64,000 nucleotides of DNA from positions 3,604 to 67,603 of the forward strand of contig CAVWYT010000012.1 in the NCBI GenBank assembly GCA_963759295.1, read 5' to 3'. Positions 10,465-21,449 of the stretch are shown in pieces; the stretch's first letter is position 1; every line of letters starts with the position of its first letter. A program made the translations under genes and the position numbers. The notes below the pieces were generated by a model, which worked only from the letters and a program-made list of their open reading frames with translations, was not told where the DNA came from and ran no database searches. Source of the stretch: an uncultured Solirubrobacterales bacterium. Lineage in GTDB: Bacteria > Actinomycetota > Thermoleophilia > Solirubrobacterales > 70-9.

Positions 10465-11370
10465 ATGGAGCAGCGCCGGCTCTTCCGCCTGCTGTGGCTG
10501 TCGATCGCCGCGGCGGTGGCCACGATCTCGCTCAAGCTGACCGCCTGGGCGCTGACCGGCTCGGTCGGCCTGCTCTCCGACGCGGCGGAGTCCGTGGTCA
10601 ACCTCGTGGCCGCGCTGGTCGCGATGGCGGCGCTGCGCTGGGCGGTCAAGCCGGCCGACGAGGACCACGCCTACGGGCACGCCAAGGCCGAGTACTTCTC
10701 CGCGGGCGTCGAGGGCGCGCTGATCCTCGTCGCGGCGGCGGCCATCGCCGTCACGGCGGTCGAGCGGCTGCTCGACCCGCAGCCGCTCGAGTCGGTCGGC
10801 ATCGGCCTGCTCGTCACCGCCGCGGCCACGGCGATCAACCTGGCCGTCGGCCTCGCGCTGCTGCGGTCCGGCCGCCGCGCGCGCTCGATCGTCCTGGAGG
10901 CCGACGGCAAGCACCTGATCACCGACGTCTGGACCTCGATCGGCGTGATCATCGGCGTCGCGGGCGTCGCGATCACGGGCTGGGAGCGCCTGGACCCGAT
11001 CGTCGCGCTCGCGGTCGCGGCGAACATCCTCGTCGCCGGCGGCGGGCTCCTGCGCCGCTCCGCGGGCGGCCTGATGGACCGCGCGCTCGAGGAGCCCGAT
11101 CTGGAGGCGATCCGCGACGTGCTCGCGGAGTTCGAGCGCGACGGCGTCCGCTTCCACGCCCTGCGCACCCGGCAGGCGGGCTCGCGCCGCTTCATCTCGG
11201 TCCACGTCCTCGTCCCGGGCGCCTGGACCGTCCAGCGCGGCCACGACCTCGTCGAGCACGTCGAGGGCTCGCTCTGCTCCCGCCTGCCCGGCGCGAGCGT
11301 CTTCACGCACCTCGAGCCGGCCGAGGACCCGCGCTCGTTCGCCGACACGACCCTGGACCGCCCGCGCTGA
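10465..11370 (+). CDS. Cation diffusion facilitator (CDF) family metal efflux transporter
   Basis: The 301-aa ORF is intact, with six hydrophobic segments. CDF hallmarks are present: LLSDAAESVVN, DEDHAYGHAKAEYFS, EADGKHLITDVWTSIGV. The cytoplasmic C-terminal domain reads FHALRTRQAGSRRFISVHVLV. Confidence 0.9.
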   Translation: MEQRRLFRLLWLSIAAAVATISLKLTAWALTGSVGLLSDAAESVVNLVAALVAMAALRWAVKPADEDHAYGHAKAEYFSAGVEGALILVAAAAIAVTAVERLLDPQPLESVGIGLLVTAAATAINLAVGLALLRSGRRARSIVLEADGKHLITDVWTSIGVIIGVAGVAITGWERLDPIVALAVAANILVAGGGLLRRSAGGLMDRALEEPDLEAIRDVLAEFERDGVRFHALRTRQAGSRRFISVHVLVPGAWTVQRGHDLVEHVEGSLCSRLPGASVFTHLEPAEDPRSFADTTLDRPR

Positions 11371-11412
11371 ACGGCGACGCAGCGCCCGCGCGCGGTGTGA
11401 AAGCCTGCCGCG

Positions 11413-12165
11413 ATGCGATTGAAGGTCCCACAGGCGCTGCGCCGGGCCGTCGTCCCGCGCGTCGACGAGTTCGTCCTCCGCCGCCACCGTGCGCTGGCCG
11501 ACGCGGACCTCTCACGCGCCCGGCCGTCGGCCGCGGTCCGCCGTGCGGTCATCGAGCAGTTCCACCGGCTCTACTACCACTCGAGCAAGCAGACCTGGAA
11601 GAACACGGAGTTCCTCGGCGCGAGGGTCTGGAAGAACCCGATGGACCTCTGGCTCTACCAGGAGATGATCCACGAGTACCGCCCGGACGCGATCATCGAG
11701 GCGGGCACGAAGTTCGGCGGCAGCGCGTACTACTTCGCGCGGCTCTTCGACCTGGTCGGCCACGGGAAGGTCATCACGATCGACATCGAGGAGCAGCCGA
11801 ACCGCCCGGAGCACCCGCGGATCACCTACCTCACGGGCTCCTCGACGGACCCGGCGATCGCGGACTCCGTCGACGAGCTCGTCGGCGGCGGCAAGCCGCT
11901 GATCGTGCTCGACTCCTCGCACAATCGCGACCACGTGCTCGACGAGCTGCGGCTCTGGAGCCCGCGGGTTCCGGTGGGATGGCACATCGTCGTCGAGGAC
12001 ACCCACGCCGGCGGGCACCCGGTGACGACGAACCACCGCCGCGGCGGCCCGTGGTCGGCCGTCGAGCGGTTCCTCGCCGAGGACGACAGGTTCGTCGTCG
12101 ACGAGTCCATGCACAAGTTCTTCTTCACCTTCAACCCGCGCGGCTACCTCAAGCGGGTGCGGTGA
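11413..12165 (+). CDS. CmcI / cephalosporin-hydroxylase-family class I methyltransferase
   Basis: The 250-aa ORF is intact. It reads FHRLYYHSSKQTWKNTEFLGARVWKNPMDLWLYQEMIHEYRPDAIIEAGTKFGGSAYYFA...VLDSSH, typical of the CmcI fold family. Confidence 0.8.
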   Translation: MRLKVPQALRRAVVPRVDEFVLRRHRALADADLSRARPSAAVRRAVIEQFHRLYYHSSKQTWKNTEFLGARVWKNPMDLWLYQEMIHEYRPDAIIEAGTKFGGSAYYFARLFDLVGHGKVITIDIEEQPNRPEHPRITYLTGSSTDPAIADSVDELVGGGKPLIVLDSSHNRDHVLDELRLWSPRVPVGWHIVVEDTHAGGHPVTTNHRRGGPWSAVERFLAEDDRFVVDESMHKFFFTFNPRGYLKRVR

Positions 12166-12182
12166 TCGGACGGCGCGGACGA

Positions 12183-12254
12183 TGGAGGCGGGGGGAATCG
12201 AACCCCCACTTCAGGTATGCAAAACCTGCGTGCTCCCATTACCACTACGCCCCC
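12183..12254 (-). tRNA. tRNA with anticodon UGC (Ala by G3:U70), atypical D-arm
   Basis: The reverse complement is GGGGGCGTAGTGGTAATGGGAGCACGCAGGTTTTGCATACCTGAAGTGGGGGTTCGATTCCCCCCGCCTCCA. It has a 7-bp acceptor with G3:U70, a 5-bp anticodon stem CAGGT/ACCTG, loop TT-TGC-AT, and T-arm GGGGG-TTCGATT-CCCCC. The D-stem has a G13:G22 mismatch and position 14 is T rather than A. Confidence 0.7.
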
Positions 12255-12266
12255 AGGGAACTCCCG

Positions 12267-13165
12267 TCAGGGTAGACGGCGCGCCACCGCCGCCGCCGTG
12301 GCGGCGTTGATGTCGACCGTGTCGCGGACGTCCTCGGCGTAGCCGCCGGCCAGGACGACGCAGACGGCGGCGCCCGCCGCGCGCAAGCGGTCGAGGACGA
12401 GCTCGTCGCGGGTGCGCAGGCCCTCCTTGGTGAGCGCGAGGCGGCCGAGGCGGTCGCCCTCCCAGGGGTCGGCGCCGGCGAGGTAGAAGGCGAGGTCCGG
12501 CCGCGCGCCCGGGATCGCGACGTCGAGCGCCTCGTCGAGCGCCGCGAGGTAGTCGGCGTCCCCGGTGCCGGTCGCCAGGTCGACGTCCAGGTCGGAGGGG
12601 ATCCGCTGGAACGGGTAGTTGCGGGCGCCGTGCAGGGAGAGCGTGAAGGTCTCGGCGTCGCCGGCGAACAGCTGCGCGGTGCCGTCGCCCTGGTGGACGT
12701 CGCAGTCGACCACGAGCGCGCGCCGCGCCAGGCCTTCGGCGCGCAGCCGCGCGAGCGCGACGCCGACGTCGTTGAACAGGCAGTAGCCGCGGGCGAAGTC
12801 GCGGCCGGCGTGGTGGGTGCCGCCGCCGAGGTTCATCCCGAGCCCGTGCTCGACGGCGTGCCGCGCCGCCTCGACGCTGCCGGCGACCGCCCGCCGCCCC
12901 GCTCGACCAGCTCCGGCGACCACGGCAGCCCGAGCCCGCGCGACTCGCGCAGCGTCAGCTCGCCGTCGCGGATGCGCGCGACCAGCGCGCCGTCGTGCAC
13001 CGCCTCGATCCACGCCCACGGGACGGCCGGCGGCTCGAGCACGTCCGCGGCCGCCACGGTCCCGTCCGCGACCACGCGCTCGCGCAGCAGCGCGTACTTG
13101 TCGATCGGGAACCGGTGGCGCTCCGGCAATGGGAAGCGCCACCGGTCGTGGGTCCAGAGCAGCAT
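12267..13165 (-). pseudogene. Histone-deacetylase-family (acetoin utilisation/acetylpolyamine-type) deacetylase; 1 frameshift
   Basis: The N-terminus MLLWTHDRWRFPLPERHRFPIDKYALLRERV...LGLPWSPELVER is in the frame of ORF 12833-13996. A shift near 12900, in a G-run, leads to AVAGSVEAARHAVEHGLGMNLGGGTHHAGRDFARGYCLFNDVGVA...VVDCDVHQGDG...LAGADPWEGDRLGRL in the frame of ORF 12267-14066. Confidence 0.7.
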
Positions 13166-13197
13166 CGGCCCATGTCCGGCCGAGCCGCCGGCAGCGA

Positions 13198-13785
13198 TCA
13201 CGCCGCCGCGGCGTCCCTCGCCTGCGCGAACAGCTCGTCGGCGACCCGGTCGGCCGCGTCGCCGGTCCCGCCGAGCAGCCGCTTGGCGAGCTGCGCGCGG
13301 CGGAAGAACAGCGGCGCGTCGTGCTCCCAGGTCGCGCCGATCCCGCCGTGCACGGAGATCTGCGCGCGGGCGGCGTGGTCGTAGGCCTCGCTCGCGACGA
13401 GCCGGAACGCGGACGCCGCCACCGGCAGCTCCTCCGGCTTGTCGGCCGCCGCCCAGCCCGTGTAGTACATGAGCGAGCGGGCGTTCTCGAGCCGCCGCAG
13501 GATCTCGACCAGCTCGTGCTTGATCGCCTGGTAGGAGCCGATCGCGCGGCCGAACGTGAAACGCTCCTTGGCGTAGGCGACGCTCGTCTCGAGCGCCCGC
13601 TCGATCGCGCCGACCGCCTCGGCAGCCAGCAGCGCTTGCGCCACGTACCACGCGGTCGCGGCGGCCGACGGCGAGACGTCGAGCACCACGGCCGGGGCGT
13701 CGGAGAAGCGCACGTGGCCGAGCGAGCGGGTCGAGTCGTAGCCCTCGACCGCCTCGACCGAGGCGTCGGACGCCTGCTCGCCAAC
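13198..13785 (-). pseudogene. Acyl-CoA dehydrogenase, C-terminal fragment only (upper boundary approximate)
   Basis: The sequence reads ...DASVEAVEGYDSTRSLGHVRFSDAPAVVL...AEAVGAIERALETSVAYAKERFTFGRAIGSYQAIKHELVEI...AARAQISVHGGIGATWEHDAPLFFRRA. Only the middle-to-C-terminal part of an ACAD is present. No N-terminal domain exists upstream, because the sequence runs into a plus-strand YceI remnant. Confidence 0.7.
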
Positions 13786-14072
13786 ATCGAGCAGACGATC
13801 GACGACGAGGTGCTGAAGCGCCAGCGGATCGAATTCCGCTCGATCCGGTGGAGCCGCTCGGCGACGGTGGCCGGCTCGCGGTCGAGGGGGAGCTGACGCT
13901 CGTCGGCCGAACCAACCCGATCGCGTTCGAGCTCGAGGTCGGCGAGGACGGGGCCCTGAGCGCCGGCGCCGTGGTCACCCAGACGGCCTGGGGCATGAAG
14001 CCCTACTCGGCGCTGCTCGGCGCCCTCAAGGTCCAGGACGACGTCGAGGTCGGCCTCGACGGGCACCTCTAG
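13786..14072 (+). pseudogene. YceI-like polyisoprenoid-binding protein, C-terminal fragment with a frameshift (lower boundary approximate)
   Basis: ...IDDEVLKRQRIEFRSIR shifts near 13850 to EPLGDGGRLAVEGELTLVGRTNPIAFELEVGEDGALSAGAVVTQTAWGMKPYSALLGALKVQDDVEVGLDGHL*. This matches the YceI pattern F.S..v / G.LTl.G.t.pv. There is no N-terminus or signal peptide. Confidence 0.55.
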
Positions 14073-14076
14073 CGGC

Positions 14077-14514
14077 TCAGTCCCGGTACACGGCCTGCGC
14101 GTCCAGGCCGCCTTCGACGCCCGCCGGCAGCGGGCCGGTGCCGTGCGCGTAGAGCGCGATCTCCTCGATCGTCTTCACCCGCGCCGGGTCGCTGCCGTCG
14201 CCCGCGACCCAGGCGCCGTTGACCCACGAGAGAGTGTCCGGCTCGGCGTCCAGAGCGGCGCCCGCGAGCAGTCGCGCCTTCTCGCGGATCCGGCCGCTCG
14301 CGCTGGTGACCGCTGCGGTGGTCCCCTCGGAGGCGCTCGTGTTGTAGCCGTGCCCGACGCCGAAGCGGTCGGTGTCCGAGGGGACGACCTTGACATCGAG
14401 CGCCGGGACGCCGAGCGCTTGGGCGACGAGCTTCGCGTACTCGGCCTCCTTGCCGTCGGATTCGGTGGTCAGGCTCAGCACCATCTTGCCGGTCGGGTGA
14501 ACGCGCAGAAACAC
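14077..14514 (-). pseudogene. Internal fragment of a CoxL/xanthine-dehydrogenase-family molybdopterin subunit paralogue
   Basis: FLRVHPTGKMVLSLTTESDGKEAEYAKLVAQALGVPALDVKVVPSDTDRFGVGHGYNTSAS...GLDAQAVYRD* aligns by eye with CoxL residues LRLHPSGKAVVSISAQTQGQGHETTFAQIVAEELGIPPEDVEVRHGDTDRSPYGLGTYGSRS...GLDGQVIYDP of the intact gene at 18581-20971. About 145 of about 800 residues are retained, and conserved residues have degenerated. Confidence 0.75.
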
Positions 14515-14538
14515 CGCTCGATAGGCCTCGTTCCGCCA

Positions 14539-14724
14539 TCACTGATCCTCCTCGTCTTCGTCGGCTTTTGGCTCGGAGGCAAGGCGCTGACGCTCTTGGT
14601 GGGCGCTGAGCGCGTTGTGCTCCTCCAATTCGCAGAAGGCGGGCCGGGGTCCGCCGAGTGGATGTGGAGGCGCCGCCGGTCGGTCGCATCCCGGGTAGAT
14701 GCAGATGGCCTCTTCAGCCGTCAT
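14539..14724 (-). CDS. Small Cys-containing acidic protein, hypothetical (last ORF of the cox operon)
   Basis: The 61-aa product is MTAEEAICIYPGCDRPAAPPHPLGGPRPAFCELEEHNALSAHQ...DEDEEDQ. The start overlaps the coxE stop by 11 nt. GC3 is only moderate, so coding status is uncertain. Confidence 0.3.
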   Translation of the reverse strand: MTAEEAICIYPGCDRPAAPPHPLGGPRPAFCELEEHNALSAHQERQRLASEPKADEDEEDQ

Positions 14725-16117
14725 CGGTCACCCAACCCGGCGTCGTCTTGCCCCTGCTCGGCCCGTGGCCGCTCGGCATCGCAACCGAGCTGCCGGGCAC
14801 CGGCGTGGCGCTCGCCCAGGGCTCGTCGTCCTCGCCCTCCGAATCGGGGGTCGTCGCCCGAAGGCTTGGCGCCGTTGGATCCCCGAGCCCGCCCGGCGGC
14901 GCCCCAATCGCCTCGACGACCTCGCCCAGCGCCTCGTAGCTATGGCCGCTGACCAGGGCGTCGCAGTGCTCGAGGGCGGCGACCATCCCGCCGGCCCGAA
15001 CCGAGAACTCCCTCGCGCCGACCCGGGGGTTGACCCAGACGATCCGGTGAGCCAGGCGCGCGAGGCGCGCCATCTCGCGGCCGACGAGCGCCGGGTCGCC
15101 CCGCTCCCAGCCGTCGGAGAGGATCACGACGACGGCACCGCGGGCCATCCCGCGGCGGCCGTGGCGGTCGTTGAACTCCTTCAGCGCATCGCCGATTCGG
15201 GTTCCGCTGGACCAGTCCGGAGCCGTGGCCGCGGCACGCTGAATCGCCCACTCCGGCCGGCGGGAGGCGAGCGCCCGGGTGAGGCGAGTGAGCCGCGTGG
15301 CGAACACGAATGCCTCCGAGCGCCGGCCGCTCCCCGCCGCGCAGGTCAAGAACTGCAGGTAGGCGCGCGCGTAGGGCTCCATCGAGCCGGAGATGTCGCA
15401 CAGCAGCACGAGCCGGCGCGGGGCGATCCGCCGCCGCCGCCGAGCGAGCCGGATCGGGTCCCCTCCGCTGCGAAGGCTGGCCCGCAGGGTGCGGCGCACG
15501 TCGACGCGTCGGCCGTGGTGGGCATCCTCGAAGCGACGGGTGCGCCGCACGGGGGTCGCGAGCTCGAGGCGGGACATCAGCCGGTAGAGCCGGGCGAGCT
15601 CGTCGGGATCCAGAGCGTCGAAGCTCTTGCCGGCCAGCCGCTCCTCGTCGCTCGCAATCGCACGCGGGATGTCGACCGCCGCCCGATCCTCCTCGCCGTC
15701 GCGGGTCCGTGAGGGCGAGCTCGCCACGTTCGCGCGCCCGCCCTCTCGGGGCGACTCCGCGGAAGCGGGAGAGCGATCGGAGCTCGGCCGCTCGTCGGGC
15801 GGCGCGGCCGTGGTCGGGGCGTCATCGGGGCGCGGGCTCTCGGCCGCGGCGCCCCCGCCGAAGGTCGCCGCGAACACCGCGTCGAAGGCGGCGGCGTGGG
15901 CGCGATCGGAGACGAACATCGAGCGCGCGGTCCAGTAGAGGCGCCCGCGGCTTTCCGGGCGGACGAGCGTCAGCGCGCGGGCGAAATCCGCGGAGCGCTC
16001 GGGCGTCACCGGAACGCCCGCCTCGCGCAGGCGCTGGCCAAGCGTGCCGGCGAGCGGCGGCAGGTCGAGGTGGATCGTCTCGACCCCGAACGACCGCTCG
16101 GGGGCGCGCTCAGCCAC
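14714..16117 (-). CDS. coxE: CoxE-type VWA-domain CODH maturation protein
   Basis: The 467-aa product has a VWA/MIDAS motif LVLLCDISGSMEPYARAY, followed by VVILSDGWERGD and RIVWVNP. It sits immediately downstream of the MoxR-type coxD with an 8-nt overlap. Confidence 0.85.
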   Translation of the reverse strand: MAERAPERSFGVETIHLDLPPLAGTLGQRLREAGVPVTPERSADFARALTLVRPESRGRLYWTARSMFVSDRAHAAAFDAVFAATFGGGAAAESPRPDDAPTTAAPPDERPSSDRSPASAESPREGGRANVASSPSRTRDGEEDRAAVDIPRAIASDEERLAGKSFDALDPDELARLYRLMSRLELATPVRRTRRFEDAHHGRRVDVRRTLRASLRSGGDPIRLARRRRRIAPRRLVLLCDISGSMEPYARAYLQFLTCAAGSGRRSEAFVFATRLTRLTRALASRRPEWAIQRAAATAPDWSSGTRIGDALKEFNDRHGRRGMARGAVVVILSDGWERGDPALVGREMARLARLAHRIVWVNPRVGAREFSVRAGGMVAALEHCDALVSGHSYEALGEVVEAIGAPPGGLGDPTAPSLRATTPDSEGEDDEPWASATPVPGSSVAMPSGHGPSRGKTTPGWVTDDG

Positions 16118-17042
16118 GGCTGGACACGAGCCGGTCGAGGCCGGCCGCGCGGATCACCTGCTGATCCTCGTCGTACTTGAGCGCCGATCCGAGGGTGAGG
16201 TCGACCGCCTCGGCGTCGAGGGTCTCGATCCCGAGCACCTCGAGCGCGGCCAGCCAATCGATCGCCTCGGCGATCCCGGGAGGCTTCTGCACGTCGCTGT
16301 CGCGCATCTGCGAGACGGCGTCCGCGACCTGGACCGCGAGCGTCTCCGAGGCACCCTTGACCCGGCGGCGAACGATCTCCACCTCGCGCTCCGGCGTCGG
16401 ATAGTCGATCCAGCGGTAAAGGCACCGGCGCTTCACGGCGTCGTGCAGATCGCGGGTGCGGTTAGAGGTCAGGACGATGATCGGCGGGTGGGTGGCGCGG
16501 ATCGTGCCCAGCTCGGGGATCGTCACGCCGGCCCCCGCCAGCAGCTCGAGCAGGAACGCCTCGAAGTCGTCGTCGGCGCGATCGATCTCGTCGATCAGCA
16601 GCACCGCCGGGCGCGGGCCGGGATGCTCGAGCGCGCGCAGCAGCGGACGCCGGATCAGATACTCGGAGCCGAACAGCCGCTCCTCGTCCAGCGACTCTCC
16701 CCCCGATTCCGCGAGCCGGATGCTGAGCAGCTGCCGGGGGTAGTTCCACTCGTACAGCGCCTCCGCCGCGTCGATCCCCTCGTAGCACTGCAGCCGGATC
16801 AACGGCGTCTCGAGCACGGCCGCCAGCGCCAAGGCGGCCTCGGTCTTGCCGACGCCGGCCTCACCTTCGAGCAACAGCGGCTGCGGCAGCCGGAGGCTGA
16901 GGAACATCGACGTCGCCAGACCCTCGTCGACGAGATAGTCGACGGCGGCGAGCCGCCGGGCCAGGGTCTCGACGTCGGGAACGAGCCGGCGGATCTCCTC
17001 GGCCGCCTCGCCCATCACCTGCTCCGACTCGGCGCCGCTCAT
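16110..17042 (-). CDS. coxD: CoxD-type MoxR AAA+ ATPase (CODH maturation)
   Basis: The internal start MSGAESEQ overlaps the upstream stop as ATGA. Walker A is LLEGEAGVGKT and Walker B is VLLIDEIDRAD. The MoxR-like body includes IVLTSNRTRDLHDAVKRRCLY. Confidence 0.9.
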   Translation of the reverse strand: MSGAESEQVMGEAAEEIRRLVPDVETLARRLAAVDYLVDEGLATSMFLSLRLPQPLLLEGEAGVGKTEAALALAAVLETPLIRLQCYEGIDAAEALYEWNYPRQLLSIRLAESGGESLDEERLFGSEYLIRRPLLRALEHPGPRPAVLLIDEIDRADDDFEAFLLELLAGAGVTIPELGTIRATHPPIIVLTSNRTRDLHDAVKRRCLYRWIDYPTPEREVEIVRRRVKGASETLAVQVADAVSQMRDSDVQKPPGIAEAIDWLAALEVLGIETLDAEAVDLTLGSALKYDEDQQVIRAAGLDRLVSSRG

Positions 17043-17653
17043 CTGGGGGCCAGCTCGTCGAGCACGGCTCGGTAATCGTCGGGTGTGTCGACGTCGCGCG
17101 GGATCGGACCCGCGATCATCACCTCGGCTACCTCGTCGGGGCGCCCCTCGAGCAGCCGCCACACTCCCTTGTCGCCGTGGAGGTCGGCGAGCGCGCCGAA
17201 CACGCCGGGCGCGAACGCGATCGGGTGCCCCCTTCCGTCGTCGTAGCGACACACCGCGAGCGGCGCCTCGCCACGACCGGCCAGCAACGTCGCGACGGTC
17301 TCCGCGCTGACGCCCGGCTGGTCGCCGAGCATCAGGACCAGGACGTCGCAGCGCGGATCGACGACCGCGAGGGCCGCGGCGATCGACGACGAGCAGCCGA
17401 CCCCGTAGCCGCGGTTGACGACCACCTCCGTGCCATCGAGGTCGACGCCCTCGCGAACCTGCTCGGCAGCTCCCCCGATTGCCACGATCGTCTGCTCGAA
17501 GCGGCATTCGCGGGCGACGCCGACGACGTGACCGAGCAGCGTGCCGTCTCCGTAGTCGAGGAGCTGCTTCGGGCGCCCGAGGCGCTGCGAGCCGCCGGCC
17601 GCGAGCACCAGCCCGGTAACGAAGCGGTCGGGGTCAGCCGGCGAGCGAGGCAT
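17039..17653 (-). CDS. MobA/MocA-like nucleotidyltransferase (molybdenum cofactor cytidylyl/guanylyl-transferase family)
   Basis: The 204-aa product reads GLVLAAGGSQRLGRPKQLL...VLVLMLGDQPGVS...RGHPIAF. This is the NTP_transf_3 pattern typical of MCD-cofactor maturation genes in cox/xdh clusters. Confidence 0.85.
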   Translation of the reverse strand: MPRSPADPDRFVTGLVLAAGGSQRLGRPKQLLDYGDGTLLGHVVGVARECRFEQTIVAIGGAAEQVREGVDLDGTEVVVNRGYGVGCSSSIAAALAVVDPRCDVLVLMLGDQPGVSAETVATLLAGRGEAPLAVCRYDDGRGHPIAFAPGVFGALADLHGDKGVWRLLEGRPDEVAEVMIAGPIPRDVDTPDDYRAVLDELAPR

Positions 17654-18580
17654 GCTCTCCCTGCGCCTCGAACTCGGCCTTGCAGCCCTCGCTGCAGAAG
17701 TAGACGGTCTCGCCGTCGTTCTGCACCGAGGGAGTGCTCTGCACTGCCGCTACGGTCATCCCGCAGATCGGATCGATCGCCAGCGAGCCGGTGCCGGCCG
17801 TCGTGCGCCCCGTCGCCACCGCGGCGGCGGGCGCGGCTCGCCGAGCCGAGACGATCTTGGCGAGGATCGATACGGCGGTCTCGGCCGGGGTATGCGAGCC
17901 GATCGGGATACCCGCGGGGACGTCGATCCGCTCGAGCAGTGGATCGTCGACACCATCGACTCGCAGCTCGTCGAGCACGCCCGCGCCTCGCCGCTCGCTG
18001 GCGACGAGGCCGACGTAGGGCACGCCCGCCTCGAGGCCGCGGCGCAGCGCATGCAGCTCGTCGCGCCCGTGGGCGGCGACGACGAGTGCGAGATCGCCGC
18101 CGGCCGGCTCCGGATCGTGGCCGGCAGAGGAAACCATCTCGAGGTCGAGCTGCTCTCCGATCCGCACCAGGGCGTCGGCGATCGGCGTCTCACCCACGAC
18201 CAGGACTCGCGGCGGAGGCGGGGCCGGCTCGAGGAAGACCTCGATCGCCCCACCCGACAGGCACGGGTTCCTGACCGTGACCGACCCCTCCTCGCTCGCG
18301 ACCTCGGCGCCCTCGGGCCCCGCGTCGCCCGCCACCGGATCGGGCAGGATCCGCAGCAGAACCGGCTCGCCGCTCTCCAGCGCCGCCAGCGCGTACGCCT
18401 TCACGCTCTGCTCCGCGCAGACGCCGCCGACGAATCCCTCGAGCGTCCCGTCGCCGAGGACGAGAGCGACGCTCCCGGGCTGCACGCTCGTCGGGTGCTG
18501 CACCCGGACCACGGTCGCGGTCACGAACGGCTCGCGGGCGGCCGCCAGCTCCCGCGATCGCCGCGCCAGCTCCGAAGTGA

Positions 18581-18584
<4 letters not shown>
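17634..18584 (-). CDS. XdhC/CoxF/CoxI-family chaperone fused to a C-terminal YHS/TRASH metal-binding domain
   Basis: The start MITSELARR overlaps the coxL stop as ATGA. The XdhC_CoxI N-domain reads FVTATVVRVQHPTSVQPGSVALVL..G...G.VGG.C. The Rossmann-like C-domain reads VLVVGETPIADAL. The tail is IDPICGMTVAAVQSTPSVQNDGETVYFCSEGCKAEFEAQ, a YHS signature. Confidence 0.85.
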
Positions 18585-20967
<2,383 letters not shown>

Positions 20968-20971
<4 letters not shown>

Positions 20972-21447
20972 GCCTCCTGTCTCACGCCGGCCTCGTGCTC
21001 GGCTGCCCACCTGACGGCGGCGACGATGTTCTTGTAGCCCGTGCACCTGCAGATCGAACCCGAGATCGCCGTTCGGATCTCCTCCTCGCTGGGGTCAGGG
21101 TTCGAGTCCAGCAGCGCCCGCGCGGTCATCTGCATACCTGGCGTGCAGAAGCCGCACTGCAGCGCGTGGAGCTCGTGAAATCCCCGCTGGACCGGATCGA
21201 GCTCACCGTCGACCTCGAGCGACTCGACCGTCCGGATCTCGTGCCCGTCGCACATCGCCGCCAGCACCGTGCACGACTTCACCGGCCGGCCGTCCATCAA
21301 CACCACGCAGGCGCCGCAGTTGGAGGTGTCGCAGCCCCAGTGCGTGCCCTTCAGGCCGAGGGTCTCGCGAATGAAGTGGACGAGCAACAGGCGCGGCTCG
21401 ATCTCGCGGGAGACACGCTCGCCGTTGACCGTCATCGAGACGTCCAT
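20968..21447 (-). CDS. coxS: CO dehydrogenase small [2Fe-2S] subunit
   Basis: The 159-aa product has two [2Fe-2S] cysteine clusters, [11 protein letters not shown]...C and [10 protein letters not shown]...ICRCTGY. AGGAGG lies upstream. Confidence 0.95.
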
Positions 21448-21449
21448 GA

